Part shown: positions 1 to 9,457 of the stretch, piece after piece
Position numbering within the stretch: position 1 is the first letter of the stretch
How the letters are laid out: the number at the start of each line of letters is the position of its first letter
NCBI GenBank assembly: GCA_964649895.1
Contig: CAZYRX010000004.1
Span: 3,986 to 67,985 of the forward strand
Length of the DNA: 64,000 bases
From: an uncultured Halanaerobium sp.
GTDB taxonomy: Bacteria > Bacillota > Halanaerobiia > Halanaerobiales > Halanaerobiaceae
Direction of reading: 5' to 3'
Program-made: the position numbers and the translations under genes
The notes under the pieces: model-generated
Told to the model about the DNA's origin: nothing
The model's input: the letters and a program-made list of their open reading frames with translations, nothing else
The model's database searches: none

Positions 1-2
1 TT

Positions 3-977
3 TCTCCAGTATTAGATTACAAGGGAGAATCTCATACGGCAGGTTATTCATATCAATATTTTGGCGGCAACAGCCAATATGTCATTATTCCACCTGAAGC
101 CATGGAACTTGGATATCTATTTAAATATGGGGGAGATGCTTTTTTTGAAGCATCATTAGCAGAACCGATTTCCTGTGTAATAGGTGGCTATAAATCTGTA
201 TATCATAATGTTGATGATTATACTCATAAAATGGGAATTATTGAAGATGGCAGCACAGCACTTCTTGGGGCTGCAGGTCCTATGGGTATTGGTGCTCTAG
301 ATTATGCACTTCATGCAGAAAGAACACCTTCACTGCTGGTTCTAGTAGATATAAATCAGGAGAGACTCGATAGATTATCTAAAATTTTCCCTCCAGAAGA
401 AGCAGAAAAAGATGGCACAGAACTTCATTATATTAATCCTCAAAATGAAAATAATATTGTGGAAAAATTAAAAGCTCTAAACGGAGGCAGTGGTTTTGAT
501 GATGTATTTGTATATGCACCAGTTAAATCCCTGGTTGAAGATGGAGATGAATTGCTTGGTGATGATGGCAATCTTCATTTTTTTGCAGGCCCAACTGACA
601 AAGAATTTTCAGCTGAGGTGAATTTTTATGATGTCCATTATTCTTCAACTCATTTTACAGGTTCTTCCGGTGGAAATGATGAGGATATGAAAGAAGCGCT
701 CAATCTTTTTGCAGAAGGACGGCTGAAACCGGCAAAGATGATAACACATATTGGTGGATTAAATAGTGCTGAAGATACTATTCTAAATTTGCCTGATCTG
801 CCTGGTGGTAAAAAACTTATCTATACAGGAATAGATATGGAGCTAACCGCACTAAAAGATCTTGCTTCCAAAAAAGAAGAAAATCCAGATTTTGCTGAAC
901 TTGCAAAAATAGTTAAAGACAATAACGGTTTATGGTCAAAAGAAGCAGAAGAATTTCTGCTGCAAAATTTTAGTTAA
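3..977 (+). CDS. Zn/MDR-family dehydrogenase, L-sorbose-1-phosphate reductase-like (5' truncated by window edge)
   Basis: Frame is open from base 3 (SPVLDYKGESHTAGYSYQYFGG...); LAEPISC, Rossmann GAAGPMG, FFAGP, THIGGL and GGKKLIY motifs of SorE-like proteins. Confidence 0.75.
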   Translation, partial: SPVLDYKGESHTAGYSYQYFGGNSQYVIIPPEAMELGYLFKYGGDAFFEASLAEPISCVIGGYKSVYHNVDDYTHKMGIIEDGSTALLGAAGPMGIGALDYALHAERTPSLLVLVDINQERLDRLSKIFPPEEAEKDGTELHYINPQNENNIVEKLKALNGGSGFDDVFVYAPVKSLVEDGDELLGDDGNLHFFAGPTDKEFSAEVNFYDVHYSSTHFTGSSGGNDEDMKEALNLFAEGRLKPAKMITHIGGLNSAEDTILNLPDLPGGKKLIYTGIDMELTALKDLASKKEENPDFAELAKIVKDNNGLWSKEAEEFLLQNFS

Positions 978-1002
978 AGATAAACAATACTAGAATAAAA
1001 AA

Positions 1003-1045
1003 TCCAGATTAAAAAGCACATCAAAAAATGGCTTTTTAATCTGGG
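1003..1045. terminator. Hairpin between convergent genes
   Basis: ccagattaaaaagc ... gctttttaatctgg inverted repeat. Confidence 0.65.
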
Positions 1046-1121
1046 CTTAATTATCTAAATAACTAAAGATATAAATAAAATATTAGCTTTTAAAACTAAT
1101 TAAATCTAATATTGTGAAGCT

Positions 1122-1892
1122 TTATTTTCCAACTATTATATCAATACCTGCATCTTCAATTTTTTTAACATCTTGATCACTAACACCAGAATCAGTAATC
1201 AGAAGATCTATATCACTTGCTTTAGCAAATTGAGCTGCAGAAGTATGTCCAATCTTAGTATGATCAACTAGAGCGATTAGTTTATCAGATTTTGCAACCA
1301 TTTTTTTCTTCAACTCTACTTCATAGAAGTTGAAATCGGTTAAACCGTTATCAACATTAAAACCATGTGAAGAGGTAATCATTAAATCTGCAGAAATATC
1401 GTCCAGCATACAGCCGCCAATTAGACCTTCTACAGAACCTGATTTTGGTCTTACGATACCACCAAGGAGTATAACATTAAAATCTTCTTCATTTTTTACT
1501 TCAAGAGCTGTATAGATGCCATTAGTAAGTACAGTTAATTTTTCACAGTTAGAAAGATATGGAATCAGGTATAAGATTGTAGAGCTGGCATCAAGTATGA
1601 TTGTCTGACCACTTTTTATAAAATCTTTTGCTACTTTGCCAATAACCTTTTTTTCTTCAACATTTTTTTCGCTTCTCTTATGAAAACTGCGGAAACTGCT
1701 GCTTTCATCTTTATCAGGCAGAACAGCTCCACCGTGGATTCTTTCTACAAGGCCCTGTTCTTCAAGTTGAGCTAGATCATTACGAATAGTTGCACCGGAA
1801 ACATCAAGTTCTTTTTCTAGCTGTTGAGTAGAGACTTGTTTATGAGTTTTAAGCAGTTCTAAAATTTTGTTTTTTCTGGTGTGGGAAAGCAT
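1122..1892 (-). CDS. DeoR/GlpR family transcriptional regulator
   Basis: HTH VSGATIRNDLAQLE...RIHGGA and DeoR C-terminal IILDASST; start moved to ATG at 1892 because AGGAGG lies at 1906-1901. Confidence 0.92.
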   Translation of the reverse strand: MLSHTRKNKILELLKTHKQVSTQQLEKELDVSGATIRNDLAQLEEQGLVERIHGGAVLPDKDESSSFRSFHKRSEKNVEEKKVIGKVAKDFIKSGQTIILDASSTILYLIPYLSNCEKLTVLTNGIYTALEVKNEEDFNVILLGGIVRPKSGSVEGLIGGCMLDDISADLMITSSHGFNVDNGLTDFNFYEVELKKKMVAKSDKLIALVDHTKIGHTSAAQFAKASDIDLLITDSGVSDQDVKKIEDAGIDIIVGK

Positions 1893-2027
1893 TAAAACGA
1901 CCTCCTGTATATTATTTTCTTTTAAATACTGTGATATTAATATTAGAATATTAATAGAAATCATCAGTATCTATTTAATATATTTGATTTTATATTTTTA
2001 AATAAAACTTTTCAGAGAAAACTTAAT

Positions 2028-2057
2028 AAATTAAATGTCTATATAGACATTTAATTT
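2028..2057. repeat. Perfect 30-bp palindrome (operator or 5' hairpin)
   Basis: aaattaaatgtctat|atagacatttaattt. Confidence 0.85.
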
Positions 2058-2072
2058 CTATTATATGTTTTA

Positions 2073-2101
2073 ATTGTATTTTATATGATTTTAATTGTCA
2101 A
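2073..2101 (-). promoter_or_regulatory. sigma-A promoter for the DeoR gene
   Basis: TTGACA-17 nt-TACAAT on the minus strand. Confidence 0.7.
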
Positions 2102-2381
2102 GCATATATTCAGAAAAGTTAAAAAATATTTTTATATACTTTCTTTTTTGATAATAAATAAAAATAAATAAAAATCACTATAATCTAATATATTTTTATA
2201 AAAAAAGAATAAAAGAAGCTTTTAGAAGTATTTATAGAGCAGTTATAGCTTCAATAAAGCAGATCTTATCTATTATTATTTTTTTCAAGCATTAGGAAAA
2301 CATTATAGATATTAAATAAAGGCCATATGAAATTATAATAAAAATAAATAAAAGAAAATAAAAATAAATAATAAAAAATAC

Positions 2382-2424
2382 TTGCTTTTTATTTCGTTTT
2401 ATGCTAATATTTAATTGACGAAAA
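2382..2424 (+). promoter_or_regulatory. Promoter for the G1PDH gene with overlapping inverted repeat
   Basis: TTGCTT-17-TAATAT with extended TG; tttcgt...acgaaa flanks the -10. Confidence 0.5.
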
Positions 2425-2547
2425 CTTATATATATTCTTTAATTTATTGCAATTTTTTAAGTTTTTAATTATAGATAGGATATCTTGCAGTGGTTTTTTT
2501 GACTAATTATATTTGATTATGTAAATCATTCAAAAGGAGGAATTTAA

Positions 2548-3879
2548 ATGGATTTAGATCTTAAAGAAATTTCAGGAAAAGAATGTTCTTGTGGAAGAGT
2601 ACACAATGTGCCAATAAAAGAGGTAGTAATCGAAGAGAATGCTTTGAAAAGAATTCCCGAGTTAATAAGCAGGGTTTCTGAAGAAAAAAAGGTTTATGTG
2701 GTTAACGATAAAAATACAAAAGAAGCAGCAGGTGACAAAGTTCAGTCGGTATTAAAAGATGCGGGCTTTGAAGTAATAGAAATTTTACTTAAAGAAAAAG
2801 AAGGTGATGATCATCTTGTTCCAGATCCAGATGCTATTTTTGGTGTTTTAGCTGGTGTTGATGATGATGGATATATTTTAGCTGTTGGTTCTGGAAGTAT
2901 CAATGATCTTACCGCTTATGCAGCTCGTAAAATGAACAGACCATATTCTATCATAGCTACTGCACCTTCAATGGATGGATATGCATCATCTATTGCTTCA
3001 ATAACTTATGAGGGTGTTAAGAAATCTTATGATATTACACCACCAGATTTTATAGCTGCAGATCTCAACGTGCTTGCTGATTCACCCTGGAAGTTAATTC
3101 AATCAGGTCTTGGTGATTTACTTGGTAAAGTGACTTCACTGTTGGGCTGGAAGATGCAGCGAGAATTATTAGATGCATATTTCTGTCAGGAAGCTTATGA
3201 TATGGTGGAAAATGTTTTAGATGACCTCTTTAATGATTATGAAACAATTATTGATCGTAAAATTGAGGGTATTGATGCTTTAACTAAAGGTTTGATTTAT
3301 TCAGGTATTGCAATGATGATGGTTGGTAATTCAAGACCAGCTTCTGCAGGTGAACATCAGATATCACACTTTTTTGATATGTATTCCGGTATTTTCCAGA
3401 AACCTGTACCTACTCATGGGATAAAAGTTGGGACAGCAGCGGTTATAACAAGTGACTTTTATTTAAGACTGCTTGAAACAAATTTTGCAGAGCTTGAACT
3501 GAATCATGATAGAAAAGCCAGAGAAGAGGCTATTAAAGATAATTACTTAGAAAAAGCAGCAAAAATTTTAGAATTATTAGATCAGAGATGGGAACGAGAA
3601 AAGATAAGCAAAGAAAAGCTGCTTGAAAAAGAGGAAGCATTAAAATCTTATATTAGAGAATATAAAGAAAACCTAGAAAAAGTTGATGAGATTCTTGATG
3701 ATTTTGGATTTTTTGACAGAGAAGATGTAAAAGGACTTGATCGGGACTGGCTGAGAAAAGCAGTAAATTTTGGTTTTGAAATCAGAGTTCGCTATTCTAT
3801 CCTGACATTATTGAATCAGGCAGGACTGCTGGAAGAATGGGCTGAAGATGCAATTGAGAGCTTAGAGGCAAGACTTTAG
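2548..3879 (+). CDS. sn-glycerol-1-phosphate dehydrogenase (AraM/EgsA family)
   Basis: N-terminal CSCGRVH, GSGSINDL, TAPSMDG, GLGDLLGK, SRPASAGEH, HGIKVG; RBS AGGAGG. Confidence 0.85.
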   Translation: MDLDLKEISGKECSCGRVHNVPIKEVVIEENALKRIPELISRVSEEKKVYVVNDKNTKEAAGDKVQSVLKDAGFEVIEILLKEKEGDDHLVPDPDAIFGVLAGVDDDGYILAVGSGSINDLTAYAARKMNRPYSIIATAPSMDGYASSIASITYEGVKKSYDITPPDFIAADLNVLADSPWKLIQSGLGDLLGKVTSLLGWKMQRELLDAYFCQEAYDMVENVLDDLFNDYETIIDRKIEGIDALTKGLIYSGIAMMMVGNSRPASAGEHQISHFFDMYSGIFQKPVPTHGIKVGTAAVITSDFYLRLLETNFAELELNHDRKAREEAIKDNYLEKAAKILELLDQRWEREKISKEKLLEKEEALKSYIREYKENLEKVDEILDDFGFFDREDVKGLDRDWLRKAVNFGFEIRVRYSILTLLNQAGLLEEWAEDAIESLEARL

Positions 3880-4042
3880 TTTAATATCTAAAATTGATAA
3901 ATTTTCACTCTTATAGTTTATAGATATATAGATTTTTTTCAAGTAGAGAAAAGTTCTGATTTTTTCTGATTAAAACTTGTTATATAAATAGAATTTGATA
4001 AAATAGATAGTGAGATAAAATCCTTAAAGGGAATGATAATAG

Positions 4043-4840
4043 ATGACTAAAATTAAAGATATCAACTGTTTTTTACTAGATATGGATGGCACGATATATT
4101 TGAGCAATAAACTGATTGATAAAGCGGTAGATTTTATAAATCTGCTTGATGAACAGGGTAAGGATTATGTTTTTTTTACTAATAATTCTTCTAAAAACAC
4201 ACTTGATTATCAAAAAAAATTGAAGCGCTTTGGTTTAGAAGTTCCTTTAGAAAAAATAGTTAATTCAGGACAGGTTACTGCCGATTATGTGAGAAGACAG
4301 AAAGAAGGAGCAAAAGTTTATCCACTGGGGACACCTTCTTTAGAACAGGAATTAGCAGATGCAGGATTAGAAATTGTAAAAGATAAAAAAGAAGATATAG
4401 ATTTTGTGGTTTTGGGTTTTGATAAAACTCTGGAATATAAAAAGCTTTGGGATGCACATGATTTAATACTGGATGGAGTTGAATATATAGCTACAAATCC
4501 CGATTATGTCTGTCCACTTGAAGGTGGTAAAAGTATGCCGGACTGCGGCTCAATGATTAGCCTGCTGGAAACATCTACAGGTAAAAGACCTCTGGTTGTT
4601 GGAAAGCCTAATACTCTGATGGTTGATTATGTATCTGATAACCTGGGTGTTAAAAAAGACAGGATGGCTATGGTTGGAGATAGAATTTATACTGATATAA
4701 AGATGGCCATTGATGCAGATATTACAAGTATTCTTGTTTTAAGTGGAGAATCAACAAGAGAAACAGTTGCGGAAAGCCCTAATGAACCTGATTATGTTTT
4801 CGAATCTGTAGCTGATATAAAAGCAAAACTTGAAGAATAA
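4043..4840 (+). CDS. HAD-IIA phosphatase (NagD/AraL-like)
   Basis: DMDGT, TNNS, ATNPD, GKP, MVGDRIYTDI motifs. Confidence 0.9.
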   Translation: MTKIKDINCFLLDMDGTIYLSNKLIDKAVDFINLLDEQGKDYVFFTNNSSKNTLDYQKKLKRFGLEVPLEKIVNSGQVTADYVRRQKEGAKVYPLGTPSLEQELADAGLEIVKDKKEDIDFVVLGFDKTLEYKKLWDAHDLILDGVEYIATNPDYVCPLEGGKSMPDCGSMISLLETSTGKRPLVVGKPNTLMVDYVSDNLGVKKDRMAMVGDRIYTDIKMAIDADITSILVLSGESTRETVAESPNEPDYVFESVADIKAKLEE

Positions 4841-4982
4841 CTTGAATTTTCCTAAATATTTTTGGATTCTTCCACTTAATAGCTATAATTTCAACTATCT
4901 ATAATTGAGGATATCAAATTTCCATATAATTAGTTTCAGGTAGAATTAAATTATTTAAAATAATTTAAAGGGGGAATTGCTA

Positions 4983-6008
4983 ATGGCTAATCCAAATTAT
5001 GAGAAGTATTTAAATGACCCAGAAGATCTGATTGAAGAGATGATCGATGGTTTTGTCAAGTCACATGATGACAAAATTAAAAGAGTTTCGGAAAGAGCTG
5101 TTGCTAAAAAAGAAGCACCTATCAAAGGAAAAGTTGGCGTAGTATCAGGTGGTGGCTCAGGTCATCTACCTGCATTTATGGGCTATATCGGTGAAGGTGC
5201 ACTAGATGCAGTTGCTGTAGGAGATATCTTTTCTTCACCTTCAGTTGACCATATTTACGAAACTATTAAAGCTGCAGATGGTGGAGAAGGTGTTCTCTGC
5301 TGTATAGGAAATTTCAGTGGGGATATCATGAATTTCGAGATGGCTGCAGAAATGGCTGAAGCAGATGGTATTGAAGTTGATACTGTTATCATTAATGATG
5401 ATGTTGCTTCTGCTCCGAAAGAAAAGATGGAAAATAGACGTGGTGTTGCAGGTGAGGTAATTATCTGGAAGCTTGCTGGAGCAATGGCTGAAAGAGGTTA
5501 TAGTTTAGAAGATATGAAAGAAACTGCCGAAAGAGCTCTATTTAATACACGCAGTATGGGGGTAGCACACAAACCATGTATTATGCCAACAAATGGTGAA
5601 CCTAGTTTTGAATTAGCAGAAGGTGAAATGGAAATTGGAGTTGGACACCATGGTGAACCAGGTATTAGAAAAGAAACTATGAAAACAAATGATGAAGTAA
5701 CTGCTGATCTGCTTAATATTGTGCTGGAAGATCTTCCTTATGAAGAAGGAGATGAAGTAGTTGTTTTAATCAATGGACTTGGTGCTACTGCTCCACTTGA
5801 AATGTATATTTCCTATCGCAAAGTATATAACATGCTTGAAGAAAAGGGCATAGATATTGTTAAGAACTATATTGGTGAATTCTTTACATCACAGGAGATG
5901 GCAGGTTATTCAGTTACATTAACAAAAGTTGATGATGAGTTAAAAGGATTATTTGCTGATAAATGTGATGCGGTTTCCTTTAAACAGATGAAAGAAGAAA
6001 TAAAGTAG
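4983..6008 (+). CDS. dhaK: Dihydroxyacetone kinase DhaK-like subunit
   Basis: GGGSGHLP, GNFSGD, DDVAS, RRGVAG, GVGHHGEPG; ATG 4983 follows a GGGGG RBS. Confidence 0.85.
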   Translation: MANPNYEKYLNDPEDLIEEMIDGFVKSHDDKIKRVSERAVAKKEAPIKGKVGVVSGGGSGHLPAFMGYIGEGALDAVAVGDIFSSPSVDHIYETIKAADGGEGVLCCIGNFSGDIMNFEMAAEMAEADGIEVDTVIINDDVASAPKEKMENRRGVAGEVIIWKLAGAMAERGYSLEDMKETAERALFNTRSMGVAHKPCIMPTNGEPSFELAEGEMEIGVGHHGEPGIRKETMKTNDEVTADLLNIVLEDLPYEEGDEVVVLINGLGATAPLEMYISYRKVYNMLEEKGIDIVKNYIGEFFTSQEMAGYSVTLTKVDDELKGLFADKCDAVSFKQMKEEIK

Positions 6009-6096
6009 ATTTAATAAAAAATAATTCAATTAAATTCAAATAATGCTTAATCATGATTCCAAATAAATATTGCAGGAATTTAAATTTAAGTCTAAA

Positions 6097-6136
6097 AGGC
6101 AGTGGATTCTTTAAAAAGGAATTTGCTGCTTTTTTT
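6097..6136 (+). terminator. Rho-independent terminator
   Basis: ggcagtggattc...gaatttgctgc followed by a T run. Confidence 0.65.
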
Positions 6137-6153
6137 ATTAGATAAGATTAGAA

Positions 6154-6181
6154 TATTAACATTGTTAAATCAATGTTAATA
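6154..6181. promoter_or_regulatory. Inverted repeat upstream of ltaS-like gene (candidate operator)
   Basis: tattaacattg-N6-caatgttaata, perfect 11-bp arms. Confidence 0.5.
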
Positions 6182-6251
6182 ATTACTTTTAATCTCATAA
6201 GTTATCTGATAATATTAAGACGAAAATAATATCAACTCAGGGGGTGCAGAA

Positions 6252-8141
6252 TTGCAAACGAAAAAAGAGAACAAAAAATTACATTATTTTTCAATAATTA
6301 TTCTGTTATCATTTATAGTAAAATATAATATAATGATGCTCTATATATTTGATGCACCTTCTATTCTAACACTTTTGATAAGAAATATTTTGTTTATTTA
6401 TTTTTATTCACAATTTCTCGAACCTCTGCTGTTTTCTAAAAAGATAAGGCAGAGGTTGTTTATACTGCTGGTGATTTTTAGTGTATTTTTCTTTATCAAT
6501 TACTGGTATAATAGATATTTTGGTGATTATTTTAGTCTGAGTAATCTGCTTTCTGGAGAAGCAACCGGAACTTTTTCTTATTACGAAATACTGGTGAAAC
6601 AGATTATTAGAATATGGGATATTGTTTTTATACTTGATATTACTGCAGCAGCATATCTTGGTTTTAAATTAATTACCGCCTATGATTTTAAATTAGAAGA
6701 AAAAAATATTCATAAAAATATTTCATTTAATAAGAGTGCAGCTGTTGGAATATTGATTACTCTTTTAATTATTCAGATTTTTACTGGTGCAGCATATATG
6801 GAAGATATAAGTCCGACAAATATTTATCAGGAAGGTACATCTTATTATGCGTCTATTTATGGTATTATTCCGCTTTATACAATGGAGACATATATTTATT
6901 TAAATAAGCCTGAAGAAAAGATTGACCCTGAACTTAAAAAAGTACCTTATTATCAGTCTCAAAAACAGCTGAGTTCTAAGAAACTTAACGCTGAGAAAGT
7001 AAATATAATATTGATTCAGGTAGAATCACTTGATGCAGCTGTAATTGATTACAGTTATCAGGGGAAAGAAGTAACACCTTATTTAAATGAACTTAAATCG
7101 AAAAGCTTATATTTTAATAATTTTTATGCACAGAAGGTCAATGGAAGTTTTGATGCTGATTTATCAGTTTTAACCTCACTCTATCCTGTAAATAGAAGTT
7201 ATGTTTTTAGAGAAATAGATATGAGCCGTTTTGAAACTCTTCCAAAGCTATTAAAAGAACGGGGATATAAAACTCTGGCTTTTCACAATAATGATAAAGA
7301 TTTTTTTAATCGTTCAGAAGCTTATCCCGATTTAGGATTTGATAGATTTTATAGCAGAGAAGATTTTGATGAAAATTATTATCCAGTTTCCGAAGAAAGA
7401 GGGTTAGGTGTAAATGATTATGATTTTTTTGCAGATTCACAAAAAATTATTAAAAGAACTGCAGAAGAAGAAAATCCGTTTTTTGCTTATTTAATATCTC
7501 TAACCAGTCATACTCCTTTTAACTTTTATCCTAAAACAGCTGTAGAAGATTTTAAAGAAGTGGATAATGAACTTCTCAGAAACTACTTTAAATCAATCAA
7601 TTTTTTAGATCAATCATTACAATATTTTATGGATAATTTAGAAGAAGCAGGGATATTGGAAAATACACTTGTTGTTATTTATTCGGATCATGAATCAGAA
7701 ATTCAGACTGGAGAGTATAAATCAGGTAGAGAATTTATTCTCTGGAGAAGTATCAAAATTCCCTATCATATTCCACTTATCATTCATCATCCGGAACTCG
7801 GGAAGAAAACTATTAGTCATGCAGGAACAACAACTGATATTGCACCAACGATTTTAGATCTTTTAGATTTTAAATCTCTGCCACAACAATTTGTTGGTGA
7901 CTCACTATTTTTAAAAAAGACTGAGCCAATATTATTTTTACATGAGACTCCACAAATTTTTTATCAAAATCAGCTTTATATAAAAGAATTAGATACACTG
8001 CAAAAAGTTGGTTACTTAAAAGGGCATGAAAAAGAAGTTCAGATATCAGAAGAAAAAGCAAATGAACTTGCAGAGATTATAAATTATATGCGCAGGATTT
8101 TTATGATCAATGAAGGGGAAATTTTTAGGGAGGTGGAATAA
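6252..8141 (+). CDS. LTA synthase (LtaS)/phosphoglycerol transferase family membrane protein
   Basis: Several N-terminal TM helices, then NIILIQVESL, NGSFDAD, FHNN..FFNR, SLTSHTPF, YSDH sulfatase-fold motifs. Confidence 0.85.
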   Translation: MQTKKENKKLHYFSIIILLSFIVKYNIMMLYIFDAPSILTLLIRNILFIYFYSQFLEPLLFSKKIRQRLFILLVIFSVFFFINYWYNRYFGDYFSLSNLLSGEATGTFSYYEILVKQIIRIWDIVFILDITAAAYLGFKLITAYDFKLEEKNIHKNISFNKSAAVGILITLLIIQIFTGAAYMEDISPTNIYQEGTSYYASIYGIIPLYTMETYIYLNKPEEKIDPELKKVPYYQSQKQLSSKKLNAEKVNIILIQVESLDAAVIDYSYQGKEVTPYLNELKSKSLYFNNFYAQKVNGSFDADLSVLTSLYPVNRSYVFREIDMSRFETLPKLLKERGYKTLAFHNNDKDFFNRSEAYPDLGFDRFYSREDFDENYYPVSEERGLGVNDYDFFADSQKIIKRTAEEENPFFAYLISLTSHTPFNFYPKTAVEDFKEVDNELLRNYFKSINFLDQSLQYFMDNLEEAGILENTLVVIYSDHESEIQTGEYKSGREFILWRSIKIPYHIPLIIHHPELGKKTISHAGTTTDIAPTILDLLDFKSLPQQFVGDSLFLKKTEPILFLHETPQIFYQNQLYIKELDTLQKVGYLKGHEKEVQISEEKANELAEIINYMRRIFMINEGEIFREVE

Positions 8142-8179
8142 TCAATAATTATACTTTTGTTCTTATTTTTATAATTTTA

Positions 8180-9130
8180 ATGATTGCTGTTTTTGTATAT
8201 TTCGAATTTTATTATTTAATTCGTCCTTCTAAATTAGGTAAAGATATTATTGATAAGTATAATTTTGATTATCCTGTTTTAATCGCTCATCGAGGAGCTT
8301 CTTATTCGGCTCCAGAATCTACTTTTCCAGCAGTTAAAAAAGCAGTGGAAAGTAATATTGATTATATAGAGTTAGATGTACAGAGAAGCAAAGATGGAAA
8401 ACTGGTTATTTTTCATGATGATAATTTGCTTCGATTGAGTAATGTTGAAGAAGTTTTTCCGGATAGAAAAAGTTATGAATTGAGGAAATTTACTTTAGCA
8501 GAACTCAGGAAACTAGATTTCGGCAGCTGGTTTAATAAAACTTATCCAGCTCGAGCGAGTGAAGAATACAATGGTCTTTCAATATTAACACTCGAAGAAG
8601 TGATTGAAATTGTTAAACCAAATGAAAGTGGTGTTGGTTTTGCACTTGAACTAAAAAGCCCTTACCTTTATCCAAATATCGAAGAAGAGATTATAGAAAT
8701 TTTAATTAAAAAAGAAATTTATGAAGCAGAGAAAAAGGCACCTAAAATTCTTTTTCTTTCTTTTTCACCTGCAAGTCTAAGTAAATTAAAAGAACTTAGA
8801 CCCGAATCGCCTAGGATTTTGCTTACTAAAAGAAATATTGTTGCAAGAAGACACTGGAAGGGCTGGCTTAATGTAGCAGAAGATGCTGCAGATGGTCTGG
8901 GTCCAAAAGGCCATGCCGCGTTTCCCTGGTATATAGCTGCTGCTCATAAAAAAGGGATGTTTGTATTTCCGTATGTTATTAATACTGCACGTCAGTTTAA
9001 AATTCTTTCCTGGTTTAGTGCTGATGGATATATAACTGATCGTCCTGAAATGTTTGGAAACTTTTTTGATAGGGTCAAGGAATTAGGTGAAAAAGCAGAA
9101 GAAATATCAGATGATGTATTTTCTGATTAA
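8180..9130 (+). CDS. Glycerophosphodiester phosphodiesterase (membrane anchored)
   Basis: IAHRGAS..APEST, ELDVQRSKDG..IFHD, LELK, ITDRP; the true start may be upstream (see findings). Confidence 0.9.
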   Translation: MIAVFVYFEFYYLIRPSKLGKDIIDKYNFDYPVLIAHRGASYSAPESTFPAVKKAVESNIDYIELDVQRSKDGKLVIFHDDNLLRLSNVEEVFPDRKSYELRKFTLAELRKLDFGSWFNKTYPARASEEYNGLSILTLEEVIEIVKPNESGVGFALELKSPYLYPNIEEEIIEILIKKEIYEAEKKAPKILFLSFSPASLSKLKELRPESPRILLTKRNIVARRHWKGWLNVAEDAADGLGPKGHAAFPWYIAAAHKKGMFVFPYVINTARQFKILSWFSADGYITDRPEMFGNFFDRVKELGEKAEEISDDVFSD

Positions 9131-9457
9131 TTACTGTAATTTATGGAATTCCAACACTTATTTATGATATAATTTGTTGAGTGAAGTTTTAATTTAAAAT
9201 CTAGTCTCGAGACCAGCTCACAACATCTTGTTATTCGACCATATTTTTAACTTTTAGGTCCGAATTCTCTTTTTAATTACGCCTGGTTAATTCGGATATT
9301 AGACCATCGAGGTCGTCATTACTAAGATTCTTATTAAAAATTTTGCTATTCAGTCAATATGACCTTTTTGTGTTCGAACCAATAGTTAATAAAATAATTA
9401 AACTAGCGATATTTGGCTTTAGAACAATTGATAATATTCCTAAGGGGGAGATAGTTA

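Noticed and set aside
2100-2380. AAAATAAAT-type repeats in an extremely AT-rich spacer
   Set aside because: Low complexity with no regular period; not an array or a supportable origin
2548-3879. Evidence for archaeal-type ether lipids
   Set aside because: No GGGP/DGGGP synthase in the window; AraM-type G1PDH is known in Firmicutes
9273-9353. Minus-strand 26-codon frame LNSKIFNKNLSNDDLDGLISELTRRN
   Set aside because: No proper start codon and an in-frame stop directly upstream; chance or an unidentifiable relic
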